Source: Bdellovibrionales bacterium (lineage in GTDB: Bacteria; Bdellovibrionota; Bdellovibrionia; Bdellovibrionales; UBA1609). From it: a stretch of 64,000 nt of DNA. Position 1 is the stretch's first letter; every line of letters starts with the position of its first letter. Below, in pieces: positions 20,667 through 30,282 of the stretch. Location of the stretch: assembly GCA_965247685.1 (NCBI GenBank), contig OZ252021.1:1201-65200 (forward strand), given 5' to 3'. A program made the position numbers and the translations under genes. The notes under the pieces were generated by a model that worked only from the letters and a program-made list of their open reading frames with translations, ran no database searches and was not told the DNA's origin.

Positions 20667-22739
20667 CTAACTTCCAACAAAGACAAATGGATACCCCACG
20701 ACACCTTGACCTCCAGGAGGAACGACTCCTGGAAATTTCCAAGTTTTTAATCGAGCCTTAATGCATTGAGCTAATTTTTTACTTCCTGAGCCGTTACTTA
20801 AAATAGAAACATTCTTGACTACTCCATTATAGATTGTCCATTGGACTTTGATCCGACCCTTTATAGATGGATTATTTTGTAAAACGGAACTATGACACCG
20901 AGCGAGTTGCGCTTTATGTGCTTGTACAATTCTAAAAATAGCGTCCTTATCTAAATTCCCTTCTACATCCACCTCAGAAGTACCAAAGGAAAGATCGACA
21001 GATCCTCGATTTCCTAATCCTCCACCTCTTCTATACCCTTTGATTCCCCCAACTTTTCCTTTTGTAGAAATTCCAGCAATACCGATAATGTTTGAGCCTC
21101 GCCCCCCTGAACCAGCATCTTTAAATTTCGTACCTAGACCATCACCCTCATAAGTCTCTGCAGTTCCTGAAAAACCAGTTGCTTGATCCGCAAGACCTCC
21201 AAGCTCCCCAGCACCAGAATAAGCTTTATCCAATTGTTTTTTCATTCCACTTTTTCCAAAAACTCCAAGTAAACCCACCTTGTTCGGATCGGGCTTTGGA
21301 CTTCTCGCTCCTGAACCTGGTTTTTTTGTCTTAATAGGTGAACTGCCAGATCGTGCAGTAGTCACAACTTTTTTCCTACTTTTCGCTTTTTTCTTGGAAG
21401 CTACCGCACCCATACGTCCTTTTTTAGACTTGGCTTTCTTTTTTATTTGCGGAGTTTTATTAGATTTCTTCGGAGATTTTTTCATTCGAATAGGAATATT
21501 TTTTTTCTTACTTTTTTGGACTTTCTTTTCTGCAATGCGTATTATTTTTTTGGGTGATGGAGGTTTAATTTGCACCACCACTCGACGAATCTTTGTTTCC
21601 TCTAACTTTTCCTCATCCACTAAAGATGGATAATAAACTCCAAAGAAGAAAAATAAAACTAACATGAAACAAACCGAAAGTCCTAACCCAACCAATTCTG
21701 CTTCATTAAAACCAAACAAAGCTCCGGGGTTTGGTTTCGCTTTCAAAGCCGTATAACGAATATATATATGTAAAGAAGAAGAAAAATGAACACAAATAAT
21801 TTCATTCTGCCCTAAAGAAATGCAATAGCCTGAAGGAACTTGATTCATTACTCCTTTTTCAATAGCCACCTTAAAACTGACAGACTTGTTGTTTCGAATA
21901 ATTTTTCCACTCATATGAGAACCAATATGAACCTGAGCTACAGATCCTGTTTGCACTAAATTATAAAGCTCATCGTTCACCATATTAGGTATACGAATGG
22001 AAGCCTTGGAATGATTTCCTATAGTGACGACCTCGTTTTTTTTCGCATGATAAACAGATATAACGCGATCTTCCCAAGCAACCAACACCTCAACTTTATC
22101 CCCTTTTCCAATAGGAATTTCTTTTTCTAAATTTTCAATACGGCTTTTTGGAGCAAAAGTTTTTTTGGACATACGAAGAGGAAGAAAGTTTTTCCAAAGG
22201 TTTTTTCCTCTAGAAGGTGTGGTATCTAAGTTTCGTGAAAGAGGTTTTTCTTTTGGTGGACTCACCTCCTGTGGAGAATCCAAAACTTTTGGTTCTTCTG
22301 TTTTCTGAATGGGAGGCGGAGTCGACTCAGAAATATCAGGAGATTCTGAAACTTCCAATATCTCTTCTTCCACCGCCCCTTCGAGAGGTGGAATCTCTTG
22401 TTCTTTTTGTGGATGGCTTGTTGATTTTTTATGACTGTAAGGAGCTCCTAAAAAAAACTCAATCAAAAACGGAGCAATTTGAATTTTATCTCCTGACTGA
22501 ATCACAGATTCTACTATTTTTTGACCATTGAGCAGTGTTCCGGAAGAACTGCCTAGATCGGAAAGAAAATACTCCTCTCCTCTTTTTTCAATAAAAGCAT
22601 GCCAAGGCAATATATCATCCGCTTGCAGACGGACTTCAATCTCTTCATTGCTCCCAATAGAGAAATGTTCTTCGCTCAACTGCTGAATATTCAAAAGCTT
22701 ATTATCTTTATAAATTTTTAAAAAAATAGTTTTACTCAA
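20667..22739 (-). CDS. GltG/NfsG-like (PglI/AgmX-type) envelope-spanning protein: FHA domain, Pro-rich linker, TM helix, Lys-rich and Gly-rich spacers, TonB-C-like tail
   Basis: N-terminal FHA (FSIGSNEEIEV...FLSDLGSSSGTLLNGQKI). TM helix (LVGLGLSVCFMLVLFFFFGVYY). Lys-rich spacer (KKKAKSKKGR...). The C-terminus LDKDAIFRIVQAHKAQLARCH...IKGRIKVQWTI...CIKARLKTWKFP...VGYPFVF matches my memory of the AgmX/PglI C-terminal domain. Confidence 0.75.
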   Translation of the reverse strand: MSKTIFLKIYKDNKLLNIQQLSEEHFSIGSNEEIEVRLQADDILPWHAFIEKRGEEYFLSDLGSSSGTLLNGQKIVESVIQSGDKIQIAPFLIEFFLGAPYSHKKSTSHPQKEQEIPPLEGAVEEEILEVSESPDISESTPPPIQKTEEPKVLDSPQEVSPPKEKPLSRNLDTTPSRGKNLWKNFLPLRMSKKTFAPKSRIENLEKEIPIGKGDKVEVLVAWEDRVISVYHAKKNEVVTIGNHSKASIRIPNMVNDELYNLVQTGSVAQVHIGSHMSGKIIRNNKSVSFKVAIEKGVMNQVPSGYCISLGQNEIICVHFSSSLHIYIRYTALKAKPNPGALFGFNEAELVGLGLSVCFMLVLFFFFGVYYPSLVDEEKLEETKIRRVVVQIKPPSPKKIIRIAEKKVQKSKKKNIPIRMKKSPKKSNKTPQIKKKAKSKKGRMGAVASKKKAKSRKKVVTTARSGSSPIKTKKPGSGARSPKPDPNKVGLLGVFGKSGMKKQLDKAYSGAGELGGLADQATGFSGTAETYEGDGLGTKFKDAGSGGRGSNIIGIAGISTKGKVGGIKGYRRGGGLGNRGSVDLSFGTSEVDVEGNLDKDAIFRIVQAHKAQLARCHSSVLQNNPSIKGRIKVQWTIYNGVVKNVSILSNGSGSKKLAQCIKARLKTWKFPGVVPPGGQGVVGYPFVFVGS

Positions 22740-22757
22740 TGTATGATAGCCTCTTTT

Positions 22758-23018
22758 TTACTCCAGTTCTCCTGCTGTTCGTCTCATTTCAGGAAGAAAA
22801 TCCTTTTTCAAATCCACAAGCTTATCATATTCCAATTGTTGCTTATTGAATAAGTGAAAAATAGTCGGGTTTTTAACATGACCTTCAATAAATTCATCTT
22901 CAAAGTCTACAGTGTATATTCGTTTTTTCCCTTTCTTCGCTATAGCTCCACTTATAAAAAGAGCTGAAGCAATGATCAAGCCAACATATAATATTTTATA
23001 TTTTCTAAATATTTCCAT
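22758..23018 (-). CDS. Small single-pass membrane protein (GltF/NfsF position)
   Basis: 86 aa with an N-terminal TM helix (ILYVGLIIASALFISGAIA). It sits between the TPR gene and the FHA/TonB-like gene. The assignment is positional only. Confidence 0.5.
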   Translation of the reverse strand: MEIFRKYKILYVGLIIASALFISGAIAKKGKKRIYTVDFEDEFIEGHVKNPTIFHLFNKQQLEYDKLVDLKKDFLPEMRRTAGELE

Positions 23019-23021
23019 ATA

Positions 23022-23771
23022 TTACCTCTTTTTATTAAGTTTCTTTTTTAACAATTGCACTCTTTTTCTATCCCTTGAATTTCGAGCCCTAATGTCCGCA
23101 CGATCAAGCATTTTTTGTGCTTCTTCGTAGTCATTAAAACTTTCCATTAAAAGCAACGCATAATTCATTAAAATCAAAGAATTTTCTTTTTTCTTTTTTA
23201 TAACAGTTTTGTAGATTTTTCTGGCTTTCTTCTCTTTTCCAGACAATCTTAATGCCAGAGCATAGTTATGTGCAATAGGTGCAAAGAATTTAGACAGTTG
23301 ATCATCAGAATAAACATCTTCCAGTAAAGGTAGAGCTTTTCGTACATTCAAATTTTCCATATAAAGCGAAGAGAGTGCAACTCGAGCTGGATGATAAGAC
23401 CTACTTTTTTTCAAACTCTGCTCAAAAGCAAGAATTGCTTTTTGTTCATCTTTTTCTTTCAAAGCAATAAGACCTTGAGCGTAATACAAGGCCTCCTCAT
23501 GAGGATGATATTGAACTGCTTTTTCAAAAAGAATCCGAGCAATTCCTATTTGATTTCTTTCTAAATGATATGTTCCTAATTTATACAAAGCACCTAAGTG
23601 TTTAGGATTCTCAGATAAAACACGGCGAGCCCAAGTTTGAAATCGTGATAGATTTTTACTATTATACGCTTGATTCATTTTTTTTACTTTCTGATCCAAT
23701 GAAAGAATCTCTTCGGCCTCAACAAAAAGAGCAAAGATCCATATCAAAGTAAATAATTTGAATTTACTCAT
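23022..23771 (-). CDS. Secreted TPR-repeat protein (GltE/NfsE position)
   Basis: I placed the start at ATG 23771, which makes an ATGA overlap with the upstream stop and gives the signal peptide MSKFKLFTLIWIFALFVEA. The track's 282-aa form would overlap the upstream gene by 103 nt. TPR-like A/Y/L periodicity runs throughout. Confidence 0.7.
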   Translation of the reverse strand: MSKFKLFTLIWIFALFVEAEEILSLDQKVKKMNQAYNSKNLSRFQTWARRVLSENPKHLGALYKLGTYHLERNQIGIARILFEKAVQYHPHEEALYYAQGLIALKEKDEQKAILAFEQSLKKSRSYHPARVALSSLYMENLNVRKALPLLEDVYSDDQLSKFFAPIAHNYALALRLSGKEKKARKIYKTVIKKKKENSLILMNYALLLMESFNDYEEAQKMLDRADIRARNSRDRKRVQLLKKKLNKKR

Positions 23772-26700
23772 CTCAAAACTCCAGCAGGAATAGTCCTTAA
23801 AGCAGATCCCTCTATAGAAAAAGATCCTTTTTCCAAATTGATATTTTCTAACTGCGCCTTTTTCAACCATGAGGTGTAACTGAGTGAACTTCTCGCTTTT
23901 TGAATAGCCTGAGCATAATAACCCTTGGCCACTTTTTGAAAAGGAGTCGCTGTTTTTACAAGCCCTTTCTTATAGGCTTTTCGACCTTGAGCATCTAACC
24001 CTTTGGGTATAGGAGAGCGAATGATCACATTATAGAGGTGGTGATTAGACAAACCCATCAAAGTCAAAGAGGCTATAATTTGTGGATTATAATTCAGTCG
24101 AATGACATTTTTAATATCTTCTTTCAAACGATTGAGTAATTGAAGCTTAGACCGCATGGCTCGAGCCTGTTGATTTGGATTAGAAGATAAACGAATGCGA
24201 GTAAACTTATTATAAATTTGTTCAGAAGAGTAGAATCGAGCTTGAGAAGCGTACTCCACACCTTGCTTTGTTTTTCGGTACATATTTAAAGTTATACGAT
24301 ACCATTTTTGCATCTCTTGTTTTCTTCTTAATTTCTTATTTAACTCAGCAATACGAAAAGTAGACATCACTTGAGCTCTTTTATTTTGATCGGGACGATT
24401 CAAGTATTTCTGATAAAGCTGAATAGATTTGGAATAACTTTTCCTTCTTTCATACATTCGAGCAATCAAGAAGTATACTTGATTTCTTTCCACTCCTTTT
24501 TTACTCAAACGAAAATACTTCATGTAAGCTTCTTCTGCAGATTGATAGAAGTTTAAGCCATCAAAAATAATAGCGGCATTATACCAAAAGGAAGCAGCAT
24601 TTTTATCTTTAGGATAAGTTGTAGCATAACTTTTATAAGATTGAGCTGCTTTGAGATACTGCCCAGAGTTTTGAAGAATTTCCGCTATATCCCGCATCAC
24701 ATTTTTTTTAATTTTAGGATACTTCGAAAGCTGTGGAGAGTTATAAAGTATGTCATAAAGATTTCTAGATTTACTAATCTCTTTTGCCTTCTCATAATTT
24801 AAAGCTGCATTGTAAAGCGCAACTACGGTCAAATCGGAGCCTGTATTTTTACGATAAAACTCTTCATACATCTTTGCACTCGCTTTATATTTTTTATTAT
24901 TAGCTAAATCTTGGGCTGCTTTGAACTGAATTTGCCTTAAAATTTTATTAATCTCTTGAGCAATAGGTAATTTTTGAATCATAGATTGTTTAAGAAAGTA
25001 CTGCCCTGTCTTTTTTAAAGAATCAAAATCTTTTATCAAGTTATAAGTGTCCAATACTAAGTGAATCGATTGAGTATAATAAGATTTTTTTGATGAAGGA
25101 TAACTTCGAATCAAAATCATCCAATACTTAATAGCTGTTTTGTAATGTCGATACTCCGAGTGCAGATTAGCGAGAGTATATATAATTTGAGGGGCTTGAG
25201 ATTTTTTCTTATACCTCTTTAAATAATCCCCCACCGCTTCTTCGAAGGCTACAACATTTGAAGGAAAAGGAACAGCTCCAGACTGACCCTTTAAAGAAGC
25301 TTTCACTTCTCGTTCATTTGGTAATGCTTTTTCTAAAGCTAAGATTCTATTCCAAGAAGCTACAGGGTGGTTTTTAGATTTTGGATAATTATTCACTACA
25401 ACACTATACTGTTTCACCGCATCTAAAAAACGACCGACATCAAAAAGAAGCTCTCCGTATTGAAAACGAATGTCAGAATTAAAATCTGACTTTGGAAAAA
25501 CCAAGGTATAAAGTTGATAAGCTAATAAAGCTTGTTCCTTTGCATACTTTTGCTTGCTCTTTAAAAAAGAATGGTGCATCACAAAGGCATAGTTTCTTAT
25601 CGTCAGCTCCATTAATTTATTAGATTTTTGAATCAATTCTTTTTGAGAACGATGCTTACGAGACCAATCACTTTTAGGACCATAGTTCTTCACCCATTCT
25701 TTAAGTTCTTTATTAAAAGTTTTTCGATCTCCTTTATAAGCATAGACTTGAACAATTTCATGTTTATATTCAAAAGCAAAACGATTCAAGGGAACAAGTT
25801 TTAAAATAAAATTAAATACGAAACGCATATTTTGATATTCACCCGCATCCTTGTAGGCAAAACCTACTTTTCTCAATATAGATAAAGTTTTTTCTTCATC
25901 ATTGGTTAAATCATAAAAATAAGAATAAGCATTACTGGCTTTATAATTGGAATAAATATAAAAACTTCCCAAATCATTTAAAGCTTCCTGCGAAAGATCG
26001 ATAAAAATTAAAGATTTCCCTTGATTTTTTATTCGAGACTCTTTAATGAGACTTGCCAAAACCTTTATTGCATTAGAGATCCGACCTTCGTTGTAAAAAC
26101 ACCAAGCTATTTTATAGATAGAAAAAGAATAAAACTTCGCTCGGTATCGAGAAGCTCTACTGTAATACTTACGAGCCGTCTTCCATTGATTTTGTTCAAA
26201 GTAGTGATCCCCTAAGTGAAAATAGGCGTCTTCAATGTTGCTGTTTTTAGGATATTGACGAATCAGCCTTTCATAATATTTTTTACCAATATGAGGTTTT
26301 CTAATCTGAACATAACTAAACCCTAAATTAAAAAGAGCGTCCGAAGCATATTTTCCTTTAGGGTATCTTTGAATATAGGATTCGTATAAATTAATGGCTT
26401 TTTGAGAGTACTCCTTAACTACGGATAAGTTGATGCGAGGGGCTCTTGTAGTCGATCCCATTTTATATAGCTCTAAATCTTCTGTGTATTTTTCATAAAT
26501 ACGACTTTCGATCAAGCGAGCCTGCTCTACATAAAGAGAGGCGAGTCTTAATTGGATATCCGATCGAGGACTAATTTTAAGAAGTTCATAAAGTTGTTTG
26601 ATCTCCCTTAAGGTCACATCTTCGAGTTGAGCTTCATCACTTCCCTTTTCAAAATAAAGACGACTGCTAGAAGGAGGCTTCACATATTTTAATAATTCTT

Positions 26701-26890
26701 TTTTCTTTTTACCTTTTTTTTGAAAGAAAGATTTCCCTCGAGGTAAACTCCCTTTTTGCCTTTTGATGCTCTTAGATGATCGAGTCGCCACCAACCAAGA
26801 AGACTCTTCTTGAGCGACACTCCAACTCAGACTACCCAAAATGAGCAGAATGATGCAAATTCTAAGGGCGACAGTTTTGCGATCCCACAT
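23768..26890 (-). CDS. Large TPR-repeat protein (GltD/AgmU / NfsD-like)
   Basis: 1040 aa with a signal/anchor segment (ICIILLILGSLSWSVAQ). Dozens of TPR-like repeats follow (A..Y..LI..YP.s....A.f.lg motif recurring). Confidence 0.8.
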   Translation of the reverse strand: MWDRKTVALRICIILLILGSLSWSVAQEESSWLVATRSSKSIKRQKGSLPRGKSFFQKKGKKKKELLKYVKPPSSSRLYFEKGSDEAQLEDVTLREIKQLYELLKISPRSDIQLRLASLYVEQARLIESRIYEKYTEDLELYKMGSTTRAPRINLSVVKEYSQKAINLYESYIQRYPKGKYASDALFNLGFSYVQIRKPHIGKKYYERLIRQYPKNSNIEDAYFHLGDHYFEQNQWKTARKYYSRASRYRAKFYSFSIYKIAWCFYNEGRISNAIKVLASLIKESRIKNQGKSLIFIDLSQEALNDLGSFYIYSNYKASNAYSYFYDLTNDEEKTLSILRKVGFAYKDAGEYQNMRFVFNFILKLVPLNRFAFEYKHEIVQVYAYKGDRKTFNKELKEWVKNYGPKSDWSRKHRSQKELIQKSNKLMELTIRNYAFVMHHSFLKSKQKYAKEQALLAYQLYTLVFPKSDFNSDIRFQYGELLFDVGRFLDAVKQYSVVVNNYPKSKNHPVASWNRILALEKALPNEREVKASLKGQSGAVPFPSNVVAFEEAVGDYLKRYKKKSQAPQIIYTLANLHSEYRHYKTAIKYWMILIRSYPSSKKSYYTQSIHLVLDTYNLIKDFDSLKKTGQYFLKQSMIQKLPIAQEINKILRQIQFKAAQDLANNKKYKASAKMYEEFYRKNTGSDLTVVALYNAALNYEKAKEISKSRNLYDILYNSPQLSKYPKIKKNVMRDIAEILQNSGQYLKAAQSYKSYATTYPKDKNAASFWYNAAIIFDGLNFYQSAEEAYMKYFRLSKKGVERNQVYFLIARMYERRKSYSKSIQLYQKYLNRPDQNKRAQVMSTFRIAELNKKLRRKQEMQKWYRITLNMYRKTKQGVEYASQARFYSSEQIYNKFTRIRLSSNPNQQARAMRSKLQLLNRLKEDIKNVIRLNYNPQIIASLTLMGLSNHHLYNVIIRSPIPKGLDAQGRKAYKKGLVKTATPFQKVAKGYYAQAIQKARSSLSYTSWLKKAQLENINLEKGSFSIEGSALRTIPAGVLR

Positions 26891-28385
26891 AATGATAATT
26901 CCCCAGTTCGTCTAACCAGTATTCTCCTTGAAAAGGATAATACTCAAATCCATTTTGAATAAAATAATCTCGGCTTGTACTTGCCGTGATTTGAACATTT
27001 CCAAAATGTTTTGATTTAATTTTTCTCTTTAGCAGTTCTCTTTTTCCACGCAAACTCTCATAACGTAAGTATTTTTCCTGATTCAACAAGCTCCTCAGTT
27101 CTGACTTCATAACTAATAAGTGCTGTTTGATATTTTTATTAATATTAGATTGCGCTCTTTTGAGATATTTTTCCACTAAATTTTCTGAATACCGACCTAT
27201 TTGAGACGCCCTCCAATACTGAGGTCGACCTTGGATCACCCGAAGCTCACTTTGAAGATATCGAACATAACGATTCAAAAGCTCAAAGTCGTACTCTCTA
27301 CTAATTCTGTTCGCAATCACTGGAGGAAAAGAATTGGAAGAAGAACGAAGGGATCGGGTGAGATTGGCATAATAAAATTGAGAAGAAGACGAAAGGATTC
27401 GATTCACTTTTTTATACAAAGGCTGATAAGTAATCTTGAATAAACTCAGCACTTTTTCCATCTCTGAGTATTTACATATATACATATATATTATTCCTCT
27501 TAAAAGAAGAGAGCCTGGTTGATACACTTTATCATAATAATCAGAGTGCAAAGTAAGAAAACTATTCATTGCAGAACGAAACTTCCCTCCCCTCAGTAAG
27601 GCCCAACTGCTTTCAAAAAGCATATCATGCCATTCTGGAGTATCTCGGGGAATTCTCCTATAGTACTGAATTGCTAAGTCCCATCTTTTAGCCTGATAAT
27701 ACACACGGGCTATCCCCATTAAGGCGGCCACTCGGACAGAATCTGTGACCTTGCTTGTTTTGGATAAAATATTTTTAAAAGCATCCGTAGCTCTTCGAGT
27801 TCGCTTCCTTTCTGCATAAGAAAGCCCCAGATGATACTGAGCCTTAGAATAAAGAGGGCTGTGTTTTGGAATTTTTTTAAAATAAATAGCAGCCTTACGA
27901 TACTTTTTACTACTCAACTCATGTTTACCCCAGTAATAGTAAAGAGAATACCTGTAAGCCCCTTTGACTTTTTGAGCTCCTCCGTTTTCAACAGCAAATT
28001 GGATCATCTGACTGTTTCCGATCAGAGAGGCAATTTCAGACAGGTGAGCCAAAGCCCGCTGAGCAAACTTAGAGTTTCCAGATTGAATCACTGATAAAAA
28101 TTGAAAAGAAGCCACATGAAATAACTTCATTTTAACAAGAGCCTTCCCTAATTCATAACGAATTTCTGTTCTGCGTTTTTTTAAAGTCGCACTTTTACTC
28201 ATCATGAATAATTTTTGAACTCCCTTTTCATACTTTCCATTCGATATTAAAGCTAAAGCCTGACTGAGTTGAATACGATCTTTCATTTTATTTCGAATCT
28301 GTCTGGATTTTTGAAGCGAATACTTGCTCGTACGAGCTTCTGCACTCCCCATCAATAAGAAAAAAGTCAAAAATATATATCTCAA
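26862..28385 (-). CDS. Secreted TPR-repeat protein (GltC/NfsC position)
   Basis: Signal peptide MRYIFLTFFLLMGSAEA followed by TPR-like repeats. 507 aa. Confidence 0.7.
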   Translation of the reverse strand: MRYIFLTFFLLMGSAEARTSKYSLQKSRQIRNKMKDRIQLSQALALISNGKYEKGVQKLFMMSKSATLKKRRTEIRYELGKALVKMKLFHVASFQFLSVIQSGNSKFAQRALAHLSEIASLIGNSQMIQFAVENGGAQKVKGAYRYSLYYYWGKHELSSKKYRKAAIYFKKIPKHSPLYSKAQYHLGLSYAERKRTRRATDAFKNILSKTSKVTDSVRVAALMGIARVYYQAKRWDLAIQYYRRIPRDTPEWHDMLFESSWALLRGGKFRSAMNSFLTLHSDYYDKVYQPGSLLLRGIIYMYICKYSEMEKVLSLFKITYQPLYKKVNRILSSSSQFYYANLTRSLRSSSNSFPPVIANRISREYDFELLNRYVRYLQSELRVIQGRPQYWRASQIGRYSENLVEKYLKRAQSNINKNIKQHLLVMKSELRSLLNQEKYLRYESLRGKRELLKRKIKSKHFGNVQITASTSRDYFIQNGFEYYPFQGEYWLDELGNYHYVGSQNCRP

Positions 28386-28389
28386 GAAA

Positions 28390-29148
28390 CTACCTCACAA
28401 CCTTTTGAGGAAAATAAAAACTGACGGCTAATTTCATATAAGTATCCCAGTAATGTTGATTGCTAGGTATATTTTGAGAAAAAAGTAAACTTCCATAATA
28501 ATGAAACCCTATATCTACTTTGAACGCAAGATTTCGAGATAGAGAATAAGACTGACCAAAACCTAATACCAACGTCGGCTCAAACCAAGATTCCGTTGCA
28601 GCACAAGAAACACCCGTTGCTACATTTACAGATCGGCACTGTTGCACTTGGCTCATTCCTCCTCCCACAATTATTGAAAAATCAAAAGGGATAATCTTTT
28701 TATTCCACCATGCCATTTTTCCGTAAACAGGAGTCCATTTATAAAGTAAACCGGCAAACCCTATTGTGCTGGCTCCTTTAGAAGCTGCACTAATACGTAA
28801 ATTCTCATAAATATCAAAAGCCACTTCTCGATTCACTTGAAATAAATAAAATCCTTTTAATTCCAATCCATGTTTTTCTAAAAAATAAAACCCAACACTT
28901 CCCCCCAAACCCAATTTGAAGAAAAACTCACTGCTGAAAAATATAGATACAGAAGGAGAGATTTCAAATCGACCTGTCTTTTGTAAAAAACGTCTTTGAA
29001 TCACGACAATATCTTCAAAAGCAGATAGACGATTGAGATTATCAGAAAGTTGCATCGGTATATCATCATTGATTGTAAAAGCGTAACTCGAATTCACAAA
29101 TAGTAAACTCAAACCTATAATCCATAAGTATTTTTTCACAAATTTCAT
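28390..29148 (-). CDS. Outer-membrane beta-barrel protein (GltB/NfsB position)
   Basis: Signal peptide (LLFVNSSYA/FT) and alternating amphipathic strands. It is a paralog of the upstream 309-aa protein (GGSVGFYFLEKHGLELKGFYLFQ versus TGDVGFFLSEAHGLSLLGMYFFQ). Confidence 0.65.
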   Translation of the reverse strand: MKFVKKYLWIIGLSLLFVNSSYAFTINDDIPMQLSDNLNRLSAFEDIVVIQRRFLQKTGRFEISPSVSIFFSSEFFFKLGLGGSVGFYFLEKHGLELKGFYLFQVNREVAFDIYENLRISAASKGASTIGFAGLLYKWTPVYGKMAWWNKKIIPFDFSIIVGGGMSQVQQCRSVNVATGVSCAATESWFEPTLVLGFGQSYSLSRNLAFKVDIGFHYYGSLLFSQNIPSNQHYWDTYMKLAVSFYFPQKVVR

Positions 29149-29233
29149 AAACTTAAAAAACCCCTTTTTATTTCATACTGCTGCAAACTCATCTAAAACT
29201 ATCCTTCACTCAAATTATTCGAATATAAAAAGT

Positions 29234-30163
29234 TTAAAATAACAAAGCTCCAAATCCAGCTCCTACTAAGTTTCTAAAAACAAAAGATTTTTCAAATTGA
29301 TCATAATTTTTAGTTTGTGAACGGTATAAAGAACAAGAACGAGAATCCACTTTATCAACTGGAAGACTGACAGCTCCTATTCTACACCAAACTGGATTCG
29401 GTCCATAATAGAAAAAAAATCTCAACCAACCATGAATATAGAATCTTTTCCCAATAAAAATCTTTTGATTGATCCCAGTTATAAGGATAGGCGCAAAATA
29501 CAATTGTGATAAATCATAAGATTCGTAAGGACCAGGGTTTCGATCCTGAACCAGAGCAACCGTACCTCCTCCTAAATGAAGAGAAATATTATAGTTCATC
29601 ACAACATTTTTAAGCAAAGACAACTTTCCGTAAAAGGGTATCCAATTATAGTTCAACAAAAAAGCATATCTAGGATGAGGAACTTCCGTTGCGTGAAAAG
29701 AAATATTTTGTAACTCTGTATTGGGTTTGGAGAAGAACTCTCCTATAGAAGAAACCCCTTGAAAAAAGTACATACCTAAGAGGCTTAGACCATGAGCTTC
29801 ACTAAGAAAAAACCCTACATCTCCAGTAAAAGCCAGTCGAGAGTAAAAAGGATCATCAGCTCTATAATCTATAGAACTCATCATACTCATCTTATATTTT
29901 AACTTCACATTGCGATTCATGGTTACTTTGTTATTATCTGGAAAAATAGGGAGAACAGATTCTGCAGCAAGCTCTTCTTCTGGAAAACGAATTTCACGAG
30001 CCTCCACCCATAAAGAACAAAATAGAAAAAAACAAGCTATTTTGAGACATAAGAACCCAAATGGCACGATAAAATACTCCTTAAAACCAAAGGTTAACTG
30101 TTTATATTTTAAATGACTATTTAATAAATGTGTAGTGACATTAGTAAAGAGGTCGAGTTCCAA
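29234..30163 (-). CDS. Outer-membrane beta-barrel protein (GltA/NfsA position)
   Basis: Hydrophobic signal region (FLCLKIACFFLFCSLWVEA) and beta-strand periodicity. It shares NYNWIPFYGKLSLL...GGG with the 252-aa paralog (LYKWTPVYGKMAWW...GGG). The exact start is uncertain because the pre-signal extension is long. Confidence 0.65.
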   Translation of the reverse strand: MELDLFTNVTTHLLNSHLKYKQLTFGFKEYFIVPFGFLCLKIACFFLFCSLWVEAREIRFPEEELAAESVLPIFPDNNKVTMNRNVKLKYKMSMMSSIDYRADDPFYSRLAFTGDVGFFLSEAHGLSLLGMYFFQGVSSIGEFFSKPNTELQNISFHATEVPHPRYAFLLNYNWIPFYGKLSLLKNVVMNYNISLHLGGGTVALVQDRNPGPYESYDLSQLYFAPILITGINQKIFIGKRFYIHGWLRFFFYYGPNPVWCRIGAVSLPVDKVDSRSCSLYRSQTKNYDQFEKSFVFRNLVGAGFGALLF

Positions 30164-30282
30164 GAAGACTCTTATAGATCACTTTATGACAGGAGCAAAA
30201 TCCAGACTTCATGCTCTGATAAACCTATGGGTGAGTGTATAAAATATAGACACTATAGTGGCTTATTTATTAATGAAAAAAG

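Noticed and set aside
18799-22739. Reading TolQ + ExbD + ExbD + TonB-like as a Tol-Pal or TonB-ExbBD uptake system.
   Set aside because: No TolB propeller, Pal/OmpA-like lipoprotein or TonB-dependent receptor is adjacent. The genes are instead fused to a TPR/barrel block in Glt/Nfs order, and the TonB-like protein carries an FHA domain and an AgmX/PglI-type tail.
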